From contig OZ244898.1 in the NCBI GenBank assembly GCA_965221585.1, forward strand, positions 810,527 through 874,526: a stretch of DNA of 64,000 bases. Direction: 5' to 3'. The notes under the pieces are model-generated. The model ran no database searches and was not told the DNA's origin. It was given only the letters and a program-made list of their open reading frames with translations. The DNA comes from Candidatus Aldehydirespiratoraceae bacterium. Lineage in GTDB: Bacteria; Actinomycetota; Acidimicrobiia; Acidimicrobiales; Aldehydirespiratoraceae. Shown one piece after another: positions 8,000 to 17,714 of the stretch. A program made the translations under genes and the position numbers. The stretch's first letter is position 1; every line of letters begins with the position of its first letter.

Positions 8000-10276
8000 A
8001 TGCCGCCGACGCTGTACAGACCCACCGACTATCCGTTAATCCTCCTGATCGAAGAGATAAAGAGAGGGGAGATCGCTCTGCCCGACATTCAGCGACCGTT
8101 CGTCTGGTCGTCGGCCAAGGTGCGCGACCTGTTCGACTCCATGTATCGGGGATACCCGATCGGCACGCTGCTTCTGTGGGAAACCGGTGCAGAAATCAGC
8201 ACTCGCCAGATTGGCGGCGGAGAGCACGACCGGGTCCCGAAGCAACTGATCGTGGACGGGCAACAGCGCCTTACCTCCCTGTTCGCGGTGATCACTGGGG
8301 AAAAGGTGCTCACCAAGTCGTTCGAAAGTCGCCAGATCCAGATTGGATTCAAGCCGTCGAATCAGACGTTCGAGGTGGCAGACGCTGCCATTCGAAGAGA
8401 CCCCGAATTCATCCCCGACATCGCTGAACTATGGAAGGACCGCTACCGAGCCACGGTGCGTTCGTTTCTTGCAACGCTGACCGAGAGCCGAAGCGAGGAG
8501 CTGTCCGAAGAAGAGGAAGAGGTACTTGAGAGCCGAATCGACCGAGTTCGTGACCTCAGGGACTTCCGTTTCCAGGTCATCCAACTGAACGCGAATGCTG
8601 ACCCGGAACAGGTTGCCGACATTTTCGTTCGGGCTAACTCACAGGGCGTAGACTTGAATCAGGCAGATTTCATCCTGACGCTAATGTCGGTCCACTGGGA
8701 GAAGGGTCGTAGAGAACTTGAGCAGTTCTGCCGGGACGCCGTTGATCCCGCAGTACGAGGCCCGTCACCGAAGAACTCGTTCATTGATCCGAAACCCGAC
8801 CAGCTGCTGAGGGCGAGTGTTGGCCTCGCCTTCCGTCGGGCTCGCCTGCAACATGTCTACAGCATCCTCAGGGGCAAGGATCTCACTACCGGCGAGGTAT
8901 CTCTTTCTCGCCGGAACGAACAGTTTGAGCGACTGCGCTCGGCGCAGGACCAAGTGCTGGACCTCACCAACTGGCATGAGTTCCTCAAGTGCTTGACCCT
9001 CGCCGGATTTCGAGGGCGACGGATGATCACATCTGACACCGCCTTGATCTACTGTTATGTCATATGGCTGATCGGCCGGTGCGACTTCGGTCTGAGCGTC
9101 TCTAAGCTTCAGACCGTTGTCGCGAGATGGTTCTTCATGGCCCACACGACCGGTCGCTACACGGGGTCAAGCGAAACTTCGCTGGATGCAGACCTCGGAC
9201 GGATCAACTCTCTGGAGCCGAACGACGGTGAGGCATTCTGCGCCGAGCTTGACCGTCAGATCAAGGCGAACTTCACAAACGACTACTGGGAAGTGTCGCT
9301 CCCGACCCGGCTCGACAGTTCATCAGCCAAGTCTCCGGCCCTCTGCGCCTACTGGGCCGCGCTCAACGTGCTAGACGCGGAACTTCTGTTCAGCAGCTTC
9401 AAAATGAGAGACATGTTGAAACCTGGCGAGAACGCTCCTCGGTCGGTCGAGCGCCATCACCTGTTCCCGAAAGCTCATCTGGGTGCCAGGGGTATCACCG
9501 GAACTAGACAGGTCAATGCGATTGCGAACATGGCTTTCTTGGACTGGCCGGACAACTCTGACATCGGGGCTGATGACCCGATGGAGTACTGGCCGAGAGC
9601 GTCTGGCCGTCTGAACCCCGAGCAACTGCAACGACAAGTCGGTTGGCACGCGCTTCCCGTCGGCTGGGAGCAACTGGATTATTCGGGTTTTCTTGAGAAG
9701 CGGCGAACGCTGATGGCAAGAGTGACCCGTGACGGCTTTGAGCGACTGTGGGACGACCCGAGCGGAGACCACACACTGTCCACATTGGTTGACCTGTTGG
9801 CTGCAGGGGAATCTCAGACAGTGGAGTTCAAGTCCACGGCTCGCGTCAATCTGCACACCAGCCAGGTCGACAAGAAGATCGAACATGTCATCGCTAAGAC
9901 GGTCTGTGGTTTCCTCAATGCCGAGGGAGGAAAACTCCTGATTGGAGTGGACGACGACGCGAACGTGATTGGACTCGGCGATGACCTGGGGGCGCTGGGA
10001 CGCAAACGCGACCTCGACGGCTATGAGCTCTTTCTGCGTCAACTCCTCGATAACACGCTGTCGTCTCCGACCGCTGCAACGGTGCGAATCCACTTTGAGT
10101 CCCATGCTGGCAGCGATGTCTGCGTCGTGACTGTCGCAGCCTCGGGCAAACCTGTGTTCTCGAAGGCCGCTGAGGGAGGAGGGTCCCCGTCTGAGTTCTG
10201 GGTACGAATCGGCAACGCTACCAAGCAGCTACATGGCGACGACATGATGGACTACCATGCCGACCACTGGGACTAG
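8000..10276 (+). CDS. GmrSD-like type IV restriction-type nuclease (DUF262 + DUF1524/His-Me finger) fused to a C-terminal Schlafen/AlbA_2 domain
   Basis: N-terminus: LPDIQRPFVW...YRGYPIGTLLLWE...IVDGQQRLTSL (DUF262/ParB-like). Middle: ERHHLFPKAHL...NAIANMAFLDWPDNSDIG (HNH-like DUF1524). C-terminus: ESQTVEFKST...GFLNAEGGKLLIGVDDDANVIGL (AlbA_2). Confidence 0.8.
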   Translation: MPPTLYRPTDYPLILLIEEIKRGEIALPDIQRPFVWSSAKVRDLFDSMYRGYPIGTLLLWETGAEISTRQIGGGEHDRVPKQLIVDGQQRLTSLFAVITGEKVLTKSFESRQIQIGFKPSNQTFEVADAAIRRDPEFIPDIAELWKDRYRATVRSFLATLTESRSEELSEEEEEVLESRIDRVRDLRDFRFQVIQLNANADPEQVADIFVRANSQGVDLNQADFILTLMSVHWEKGRRELEQFCRDAVDPAVRGPSPKNSFIDPKPDQLLRASVGLAFRRARLQHVYSILRGKDLTTGEVSLSRRNEQFERLRSAQDQVLDLTNWHEFLKCLTLAGFRGRRMITSDTALIYCYVIWLIGRCDFGLSVSKLQTVVARWFFMAHTTGRYTGSSETSLDADLGRINSLEPNDGEAFCAELDRQIKANFTNDYWEVSLPTRLDSSSAKSPALCAYWAALNVLDAELLFSSFKMRDMLKPGENAPRSVERHHLFPKAHLGARGITGTRQVNAIANMAFLDWPDNSDIGADDPMEYWPRASGRLNPEQLQRQVGWHALPVGWEQLDYSGFLEKRRTLMARVTRDGFERLWDDPSGDHTLSTLVDLLAAGESQTVEFKSTARVNLHTSQVDKKIEHVIAKTVCGFLNAEGGKLLIGVDDDANVIGLGDDLGALGRKRDLDGYELFLRQLLDNTLSSPTAATVRIHFESHAGSDVCVVTVAASGKPVFSKAAEGGGSPSEFWVRIGNATKQLHGDDMMDYHADHWD

Positions 10277-10494
10277 CACATATCGGAATTACGGTCCGTC
10301 GTGATTCAAGGACGGAGCCTTGAGGACTCAAAATAGGATTCGTCCAGTCTTCAAAATGAAATACGGACAGTTGCCCATTTTCTGTCTGACAGCCAGCTAG
10401 CAAGACGTTAGCGTTGGGTCATGGCGGGCACCCTGCTCAAGACAGGCGACCAGCACGGTGAGATTGGCGATCGGTTGCATTTGCGTCGGATCAG

Positions 10495-11802
10495 ATGCCT
10501 GTGGTCGGACTAGTGGTCGGTTCGCAGTCCTTGTCGGGGTTTGATGGCGATCTCGTGGCGTGGGCGTCGAGTGGCGCGATGCACTTGACCGGCCGACGTT
10601 GCGGCGCACCATCGCCAGCCCCGGCACACGTGGCTACAGCCATGGCCGCGGTGGCCGATGATCTCGCGCGGCAGACCACCCGTTGGGGCAGCGCCGTGTC
10701 TGTAGACGGACCAGCACTGTTGGGTGAACGCGCGGCGTTCACCGGAATGGAACGCAACGGCGACACGTCTGTGGGCGGCTCGGCCCGTTTCGTTCGAGCA
10801 GCTGATGGCCCGGTGGTGCTCAACCTTCCCCGGCCCGAGGACATCGAGTCGCTTCCTGCGCTTGTGGGCCAATCGTTGAGTGCGGACGACTGGTCGTCGA
10901 TCGCTGCTGGCATCGCCAAGCTCAACAGTGCTCACCTTGTGGAGACGGCAAGGCTGCTCGGGATTCCGGCGGCGGTTCCCTCGAGCTATCCGTTGCCCGT
11001 GGCCACTCCTGAGCGGGTGCTTCATCGCGGCATCCCCCGAACCGTGGTTGATCGGCCTCTGGTGGTGGACCTGACTTCGCTGTGGGCCGGCCCCCTGGCC
11101 GCTGGGCTGCTCGCTGATGCGGGCGCACGGGTTGTCAAAGTGGAAGGCGCCGGTCGTCCTGACGGGGCGCGCAGAGGAACCCCAGGGTTCTTCAACCTGC
11201 TCAATCACGCCAAGGAGTGCGTGGAGGTCGACTTCTCGAATGCCGACGATCGGGCGTTTCTGCGCGGCTTGCTCAGAGCCGCGGATCTGGTGTTAGAAGG
11301 GTCTCGGCCCAGGGTCATGGAGCAGTTGGGGATCGATCCTCACGAACTGGCCGACACGGGTGTCTCCTGGTTGTCGATCAGTGCGTATGGCCGGACTGGC
11401 GATGCGGCGTTGCGGGTTGGATTCGGTGACGACACGGCAGTGGCCGGGGGTCTCTGGTTGGCTGGCGATCCGCCCAACTTCGTCGCTGACGCCGTGGCTG
11501 ACCCGATCGCTGGCCTGGCCGCGGCGGCGCTAGGCGCGCGGCTGCTCGCCGGGGAGCAGGCGGCGGTTGCGGAGGTGCCGCTGGCCCGAGCCGCCGCTTG
11601 GGCTAATGCCGAGGTGCTGAAGGCTGCCGTTGATTCGGCGCTGCGCCGAGATGGTGACCGGTGGTCGCTTCAGGTCGCCAGCGAATGGCTGCCGGTGTCG
11701 CTGCCGAGGCACCGAGAGGTGCAGGCGGAGGCTGCGCCGGTCGGCAGCCACGACGGTCCGCTCAGAGCCGAATTTACAGCGTGCGCCTTTGGTAGGAGAT
11801 AG
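10495..11802 (+). CDS. family III CoA-transferase (CaiB/BaiF) with an N-terminal extension
   Basis: VVDLTSLWAGPLAAGLLADAGARVVKVEGAGRPDGAR. The start codon is uncertain. Confidence 0.7.
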   Translation: MPVVGLVVGSQSLSGFDGDLVAWASSGAMHLTGRRCGAPSPAPAHVATAMAAVADDLARQTTRWGSAVSVDGPALLGERAAFTGMERNGDTSVGGSARFVRAADGPVVLNLPRPEDIESLPALVGQSLSADDWSSIAAGIAKLNSAHLVETARLLGIPAAVPSSYPLPVATPERVLHRGIPRTVVDRPLVVDLTSLWAGPLAAGLLADAGARVVKVEGAGRPDGARRGTPGFFNLLNHAKECVEVDFSNADDRAFLRGLLRAADLVLEGSRPRVMEQLGIDPHELADTGVSWLSISAYGRTGDAALRVGFGDDTAVAGGLWLAGDPPNFVADAVADPIAGLAAAALGARLLAGEQAAVAEVPLARAAAWANAEVLKAAVDSALRRDGDRWSLQVASEWLPVSLPRHREVQAEAAPVGSHDGPLRAEFTACAFGRR

Positions 11803-11817
11803 CCCCAGAGTTCGCCT

Positions 11818-13347
11818 GTGATGGGCGAGTTGCTAGGGTCACCTGCGATGGGCGAAAGCCATGATTGGGGTGAAACCCTCGACGATCTGCAGGCGCGCCG
11901 GGAAAATGCGCTGGCGATGGGCGGCGCCGAGAAGTTGGCTGCCCGCTCCGCGTCGGGGCGCCTTGATGCTCGCTCCCGGATAGCGACGCTGCTCGACGAC
12001 GACTCGTTCACCGAGATCGGCACTCTGGCTGGCGGCAAGGCCCCGGCCGATGCCCTGGTCGCCGGTGTGGGAGCGATAGATGGTCGGCCTGTGGCCGTCG
12101 GCGCGGAGGACTTCACCACCATGGGCGGTTCGATCGGTGCGGCCGCCTCCCGCAAACGCTGGCGCATTGCTGATATCGCACACCGGGAACGCATCCCCTT
12201 GGTGATGCTGTTGGAAGGCGCCGGTCACCGGCCCCCGAAACCCGGTGATCCCGCTGGTGGTGGCCCTGGTGATCTCCAGGCGCAGGGACGGCTCTCGGGT
12301 TATGTGCCGATGGTGTGCGCGGTGATGGGTTCGTCGGCCGGTCACGGTGCGATCACCGCGCCGCTGTGCGACTGGTCGGTGATGACTACCGACGCCGCCA
12401 TTTTCACGGCCGGTCCGCCTGTGGTGAAGGCGTCGCTGGGTGAGGATGTGTCGAAGTCCGATCTGGGCGGCCCTGCAGTCGCGATTGCCAGCGGTGTGGT
12501 GCACAACGTAGCTGCCGACGACGCATCATTGCTGGCTGATGTACGTACGTACCTGGGGTTCTTCGGCTCATCCGCGTGGGAGCAGCCGCCCTGGTGCGAC
12601 ACCGGCGACCTCGGCCCGAGACGCTTGGAGGACATGCTCGAGATCGTTCCTCGTGACGGTTCGGTGGCCTACGACATGCGCCTGGCGGTGAGTCGAGTGG
12701 TTGACGGAGGCGGGTTCTTCCAGATCCAGCCCGATTTCGGACCCTCAATCGTCTGTGCACTTGCTCGAATCGGGGGCAGCGCGGTGGGGGTTGTCGCCAA
12801 TCAACCCGCGGTGATCGCTGGTTCGATCGATGTTGACGCGGCCGACAAGGCAGCCCATTTCATCGAGGTTTGTGACAGTTTCCATCTGCCGTTGGTGTTC
12901 TTGACCGACAATCCTGGGGTGCTGGCCGGAACCGCGTCGGAACGTGCCGGAATCCTGCGGGCGGGCGCGCGCATGTTCACCGCGCAGACCCGAGCCTCGA
13001 CGGTCAAGATCCAGGTGACGATGCGTAAGGCCTATGGTTTCGGCTCGTGCGTGATGGCGATGAACGCCTTCGACAATCAAACGCTGTCATACGCATTTCC
13101 GGGCGTGACGATGGGTGCTATGGGATCGGCGGGCGCAAGCGACGCGGTCGGTGCCGATGCTCTCACCCGTGAACAGCTTCGGCAGGCCGAGTTGGAGTCG
13201 AGTTACCGTTCGGCGTCTGGACTCGGTTTCGACGAGTTGATCGACCCGCGTGATCTTCGCAATGCGATCCTCGCCGGTCTTGAGGCGAGCGCTCGTCGTC
13301 GCATGGAGTCGCCTGAGCCCAAGGCACGGGTCGGAATCACCCCCTGA
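11818..13347 (+). CDS. acyl-CoA carboxylase carboxyltransferase (beta) subunit
   Basis: Typical AccD/PccB layout (GRLDARSRIATLLDDDSF, FTTMGGSIG, ANQPAVIAGSIDVDAADKAAHFIEVCD). The start is at 11818 (GTG), 11821 or 11848. Confidence 0.85.
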   Translation: MMGELLGSPAMGESHDWGETLDDLQARRENALAMGGAEKLAARSASGRLDARSRIATLLDDDSFTEIGTLAGGKAPADALVAGVGAIDGRPVAVGAEDFTTMGGSIGAAASRKRWRIADIAHRERIPLVMLLEGAGHRPPKPGDPAGGGPGDLQAQGRLSGYVPMVCAVMGSSAGHGAITAPLCDWSVMTTDAAIFTAGPPVVKASLGEDVSKSDLGGPAVAIASGVVHNVAADDASLLADVRTYLGFFGSSAWEQPPWCDTGDLGPRRLEDMLEIVPRDGSVAYDMRLAVSRVVDGGGFFQIQPDFGPSIVCALARIGGSAVGVVANQPAVIAGSIDVDAADKAAHFIEVCDSFHLPLVFLTDNPGVLAGTASERAGILRAGARMFTAQTRASTVKIQVTMRKAYGFGSCVMAMNAFDNQTLSYAFPGVTMGAMGSAGASDAVGADALTREQLRQAELESSYRSASGLGFDELIDPRDLRNAILAGLEASARRRMESPEPKARVGITP

Positions 13348-13398
13348 CCGGCTCTGGGCCGTTGGACCGGCAACATCCCGCGGCGTAACTTTGGGTCA

Positions 13399-14235
13399 AT
13401 GCTCAGCGCCGATGATCTGGCATCGTTCGACGAAGACGGGTTCGTGACGGTTGGTCGGGTGCTTGACTCGGAACAGGTTGGCGAGCTGCACGAGCGCTTC
13501 GAGCGGCTGTTCTGCGGCGATTTTGAGACCGGTATCGCGCCCGACGAGGTCAACTGGCTGGAGGGTGAGAGCGATCCGACGCTCACCCGGCAGATCTGCA
13601 ACGCTTGGAAGGCTGACCGGTTGGTTGCCGCGACTGTCCTCGATGCGCGGTTTGGGAAGGCGACGGCCCAGTTGGCCCGCTGGCCCGGTGCGCGGGTGGT
13701 CCAGGACAACGTGATCTGGAAGCCGCCGGGGGCCAAGTCGCTGGGTTTTCATCGTGACAACGCCTATTTGGCCTGGTACACGCCTCAAGAGATGTTCTCG
13801 TGTTGGATTGCCCTCGACGATACGACTGCGGCGGGAGGCACGTTGGAGCTGGCCCGCGGGTCGCACCGTTGGTCGACCGAGACTGATCCGCAGGGTGAGT
13901 TCCACGCTCCCGACGACTACCGGTCGACGGTTTCGCAAGCCGCCGCCAACGCTGGTGTCGAGCTTGAGATAGCTGCGTTGGAACTTCGTGCCGGCGAAGC
14001 GGCGTTTCATCACGGATGGGCTTGGCATGGCTCGGGGCCGAACCGGTCCGGGACCCACCGACGGGCGCTGGTGCTGCACTGCGCGAGCAGCGACGCTCGT
14101 TTCAACCGCAGCGAGTTCGGGTCGGGCAACGGTCCGATCTACTCCCGCTACGCCCGGCTCGACGACGACGAGATGGACGAGAACCATTTCCCGATCCTGT
14201 GGCGCGGCGACGGTTACCGCACTCCGGGTATCTGA
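13399..14235 (+). CDS. phytanoyl-CoA dioxygenase (PhyH) family Fe(II)/2-oxoglutarate oxygenase
   Basis: LSADDLASFDEDGFV start, HRDNAY... and HHGWAWHGSGPNRS motifs. Confidence 0.8.
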   Translation: MLSADDLASFDEDGFVTVGRVLDSEQVGELHERFERLFCGDFETGIAPDEVNWLEGESDPTLTRQICNAWKADRLVAATVLDARFGKATAQLARWPGARVVQDNVIWKPPGAKSLGFHRDNAYLAWYTPQEMFSCWIALDDTTAAGGTLELARGSHRWSTETDPQGEFHAPDDYRSTVSQAAANAGVELEIAALELRAGEAAFHHGWAWHGSGPNRSGTHRRALVLHCASSDARFNRSEFGSGNGPIYSRYARLDDDEMDENHFPILWRGDGYRTPGI

Positions 14236-14291
14236 ATTCGCCGCGCAGACCACACAGTTCGTGGTTCGGCACTGCTAGGGTCCGCGCCGGT

Positions 14292-15260
14292 ATGGAACAG
14301 ATCGAACTCGCCGGTTTGGGTAAACCTGTCAGCCGGCTGGTGCACGGTTCAACAGGTTTGATGGGTTTTGATGACACGGTCGCGTTTCCGGTGCTGGAAG
14401 CGGCGATCGAGGCCGGTATTAATGCGTTTGACACAGCCGCGGTGTATGCCTTCGATGGCCACAGCATGGATGCGATGCTTGGCCGGTGGATAAAGGACCG
14501 CGGCGGATGCGATGACATCGTGGTGATTGCCAAAGGTGCTCATCCGGCACGACCAGACTGGCATCTCCCCCGGGTGAACCCGGCCGCGGTGGCCGCCGAC
14601 ATCGATCTGACCCGCGAACGGATGGGAATTGATCGTCTGGACCTCTGGTTGTTCCACCGAGACGATCCGACCGTAGACGTGGGACCCTTGGTTGAGGCTG
14701 CCACGGCGGCTGTTGACCGGGGCCACGTCAGTGCTTGGGGTGTGTCGAACTGGTCGGTGGCACGGATCAAAGCCGCGATCGACCACGCCACTGCTAACGG
14801 TCTGCGCGCGCCGGTCGTCAACAGTGTCCACTACAGCCTTGCGACTCAGCTCGACAGCCCGTGGGAGGACGTGGTCACCCTCACGGGCGAAGGGCAAGCG
14901 CCCGACCGCGAATGGCATTGTGACAGCGATGTGAAGGTGGTTGCGTGGTCGGCGCTGGCGGGAGGTTTCTTGAGCGATCGGGTCAACCGGGCAGACCTGG
15001 AAGGCGAGCCTGCTGCGCATTTGGCTGACACCGCGCGATGTTATTTCAACGAGGAGAACTGGCAGCGCCGGGAACGGGCGGCTGAGGTGGGCCGCCGCAT
15101 GGGTCTGAGCTTGAGCCAGATAGCGCTGGCCTGGGTTTTCGCGGCAGACTTCCGCCCGATGGCTATCGCCGGCAGTGTCACCCCTGACGAAGTCCGTGAG
15201 AATGTCACCGCTGCGGATGCTCGGCTGAGCGAAGCAGACATCGCCTATATCAACGGCTGA
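14292..15260 (+). CDS. aldo/keto reductase
   Basis: Trimmed to the ATG at 14292 (MEQIELAGLGKPVSRLVHGS). FDTAAVYA and LWLFHRDDP motifs. The upstream part of the ORF overlaps the PhyH gene. Confidence 0.8.
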   Translation: MEQIELAGLGKPVSRLVHGSTGLMGFDDTVAFPVLEAAIEAGINAFDTAAVYAFDGHSMDAMLGRWIKDRGGCDDIVVIAKGAHPARPDWHLPRVNPAAVAADIDLTRERMGIDRLDLWLFHRDDPTVDVGPLVEAATAAVDRGHVSAWGVSNWSVARIKAAIDHATANGLRAPVVNSVHYSLATQLDSPWEDVVTLTGEGQAPDREWHCDSDVKVVAWSALAGGFLSDRVNRADLEGEPAAHLADTARCYFNEENWQRRERAAEVGRRMGLSLSQIALAWVFAADFRPMAIAGSVTPDEVRENVTAADARLSEADIAYING

Positions 15261-15283
15261 ACACCGGCTCGATCCGGCCTTCC

Positions 15284-16405
15284 TTAAGAGAGCGCCGACA
15301 CTACGAAGTCGAGGCAGGCGGTAAGGGCTTCGATGTCGCTGGGGTCGATGGCGGGGAACAGACCGATTCGGAGTTGGTTGCGGCCCAGGCTGCGGTATCC
15401 GAAAGTGTCGACAATGCCGTTCGCCACCAGCACGTCGTAGATCGTGTCGGCGCTGACCGCCTCCGAGAAGTCGATGGTCGCGACGACTTTGCTCCGCTGC
15501 TGTGGGTCTTGGACGAACGGACTGGCGAAGTCGCGGCTCTCAGCCCACGAATACATGATCTCGGCCGATTGCGCGCTGCGGCCGGCGGACCAGCTCAGGC
15601 CTCCGTTCTCGTTGAACCAGTTGACCGTGTGTGCGGTCAGGAAAACGGTTGCTAGAGACGGCGTGTTGTAGGTCTGGTCCTTGCGGGAGTTGTCGATAGC
15701 CAGTTTGAGGTTGAGCGTCGGGGGAATCCAACGGTCGCTGGCGGCGATGCGTTCGACGCGTTCGATCGTGGCCGGTGACATCATCGCGATCCACAGACCC
15801 CCGTCGCCGGCCATCGCCTTCTGGGGGGCGAAATAGTAGGCATCCGTAGCGTCGCCGTCGAACATCAGACCGCCCGCGGCGGAGGTTGCGTCGACCAGCA
15901 TCAGCGCGCCTTCGTCTTCGACCCGGGTCGGGTCCAGCATCACCCCTGTTGATGTCTCGTTGTGGGGATAGCAATAGGCGTCGACGCCGTCCACGGGGAC
16001 CAGCGGTGGGTGAGTCCCGTAATCGGAGGTCACCACCGAGGGGGCACGCAGATGCGGCGCGCCTTCGACGCTCCGCGCGAACTTTCCGCTGAACTCGCCG
16101 AAACTCAGGTGGTGGCTGCGCTCCTCGATCAAACTGAACGTTGCGCAGTCCCAGAAACCGGTGGCACCGCCGTTCCCCAGGACGACTTCGTAGCCGTCGG
16201 GTGCACGCAGCAACTCGGCGATTCCGTTGCGGAGTTCCGCCACTGCCAGGCGCACCGGCATCCGGCGATGCGATGTCCCCATGTAGTCGGTGGCCCTCGC
16301 ACTGAGGGCTTTCAGCGCATCTGGGCGGACTTTCGTGGGTCCGCTTCCGAACCGGCCGTCGACCGGGAGCATGTCGGCTGGAATGGTGATGTCTGGTATT
16401 GCCAC
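15284..16405 (-). CDS. serC: phosphoserine aminotransferase (actinobacterial SerC type)
   Basis: DGRFGSGPTKVRPDALKAL, HRRMPVRL and FAPQKAMAGDGGLW. The start is either the GTG at 16405 or the ATG at 16372. Confidence 0.8.
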   Translation of the reverse strand: MAIPDITIPADMLPVDGRFGSGPTKVRPDALKALSARATDYMGTSHRRMPVRLAVAELRNGIAELLRAPDGYEVVLGNGGATGFWDCATFSLIEERSHHLSFGEFSGKFARSVEGAPHLRAPSVVTSDYGTHPPLVPVDGVDAYCYPHNETSTGVMLDPTRVEDEGALMLVDATSAAGGLMFDGDATDAYYFAPQKAMAGDGGLWIAMMSPATIERVERIAASDRWIPPTLNLKLAIDNSRKDQTYNTPSLATVFLTAHTVNWFNENGGLSWSAGRSAQSAEIMYSWAESRDFASPFVQDPQQRSKVVATIDFSEAVSADTIYDVLVANGIVDTFGYRSLGRNQLRIGLFPAIDPSDIEALTACLDFVVSALS

Positions 16406-16510
16406 GGGACCAATCTTGACAGCAAAACAAGGGTTTCGGACGGCTAATCCGCGGAACTTCAGACAGAATTTTCCGCACAGCACGCGGGCATCTCGCTAGC
16501 GTCGGGCGGT

Positions 16511-17710
16511 ATGTCTACTGACCGCATCTCAGAGAGGGTGCAGGCCATCGCACCTTCGGCGACTCTCGCCGTATCCAACAAGGCCAAAGCACTGCGGGCC
16601 GCGGGCGAACCGGTAATCGGTTTCGGGGCTGGGGAACCGGATTTCGCCACTCCTCAACACATCGTGGAGGCAGCCGTTGAAGCCTGCCGTAACCCGCAGA
16701 TGCACAAGTACTCTGCTGTCGGCGGACTCCCCGAACTCAAAGAGGCGATAGCTGCCAAGACCCTGCGTGACAGCGGCCTTCAGTGTTCGGCCGCCGACGT
16801 GCTCGTGACCAACGGCGGCAAACACGCCGTGTACAACGCTTTCGAGGCTCTGTTGAACCCCGGTGACGAGGTGCTGCTTCCCACGCCGTATTGGACCACA
16901 TATCCCGAGCCGATTGCGCTGGCCGGGGGCGTGACCGTACCCGTGTTGACCGATGCGCTCGGTGGTTTCAGAGCTTCGTTGGAGCAGCTTGAGGCCGCAC
17001 GGACCGATAGGACCAAGGCACTCGTCTTCGTGTCGCCCTCGAACCCGACCGGCGCGGTGTATCCCCACGATGAGATCGAAGCGATCGGTCGCTGGGCGGT
17101 CGAGCACGGTCTCTGGGTGATAACCGACGAGATCTACGAACACCTTGTGTACGGCGACAACGAGCATCACTCGATGCCCGTGCTCGTGCCGGAGTTGCAA
17201 GACCGCTGCATCGTGTTGAACGGCGTGGCCAAGACCTACGCCATGACGGGATGGCGGGTCGGCTGGATGATCGCACGGCCCGATGTGATCAAAGCGGCAC
17301 AGAACCTACAGTCCCATTGCACCAGCAACGTCGCGAACGTCTGCCAGGCAGCGGCGCTAGCCGCGGTGTCGGGCCCGCTTGATGCGGTGCACGAGATGAA
17401 GGCGGCTTTCGACCGCCGACGCCGAGCGATGTACAGGATGCTGAGCGGGATCGACGGGGTGCTCTGCCCGGAACCGCAGGGCGCCTTTTATGCCTACCCT
17501 GACCTCACAGGCGTGCTGGGCCGCGACTACAACGGTTCGGTGCCCTCCACGACGATGGAGTTGGCCGAACTGATGCTGGAGGAGATCAAGGTGGCGATTG
17601 TGCCCGGCGAGGCGTTCGGTGTGGCCGGAGGGGCCCGGCTCTCCTTCGCGCTCGGTGATGACGACCTCGGCGAGGGCGTGGGTCGTATCGTCGAATTTCT
17701 CAACGGCTGA
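16511..17710 (+). CDS. class I pyridoxal-phosphate aminotransferase (aspartate aminotransferase type)
   Basis: [12 protein letters not shown], the NPTGAVY motif, and [16 protein letters not shown] (PLP lysine). Confidence 0.85.
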   Translation: MSTDRISERVQAIAPSATLAVSNKAKALRAAGEPVIGFGAGEPDFATPQHIVEAAVEACRNPQMHKYSAVGGLPELKEAIAAKTLRDSGLQCSAADVLVTNGGKHAVYNAFEALLNPGDEVLLPTPYWTTYPEPIALAGGVTVPVLTDALGGFRASLEQLEAARTDRTKALVFVSPSNPTGAVYPHDEIEAIGRWAVEHGLWVITDEIYEHLVYGDNEHHSMPVLVPELQDRCIVLNGVAKTYAMTGWRVGWMIARPDVIKAAQNLQSHCTSNVANVCQAAALAAVSGPLDAVHEMKAAFDRRRRAMYRMLSGIDGVLCPEPQGAFYAYPDLTGVLGRDYNGSVPSTTMELAELMLEEIKVAIVPGEAFGVAGGARLSFALGDDDLGEGVGRIVEFLNG

Positions 17711-17714
17711 TCCG

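Noticed and set aside
10277-10494. Small ORFs or an RNA gene in the AT-rich tail after the GmrSD-like gene
   Set aside because: The only ORFs (10218-10403 and 10397-10627, minus strand) have no SD, overlap flanking genes and give junk-like products. A weak imperfect hairpin (ggtccgtc...gacggagcc) lacks a T-tract. The stretch is left as the non-coding islet boundary.
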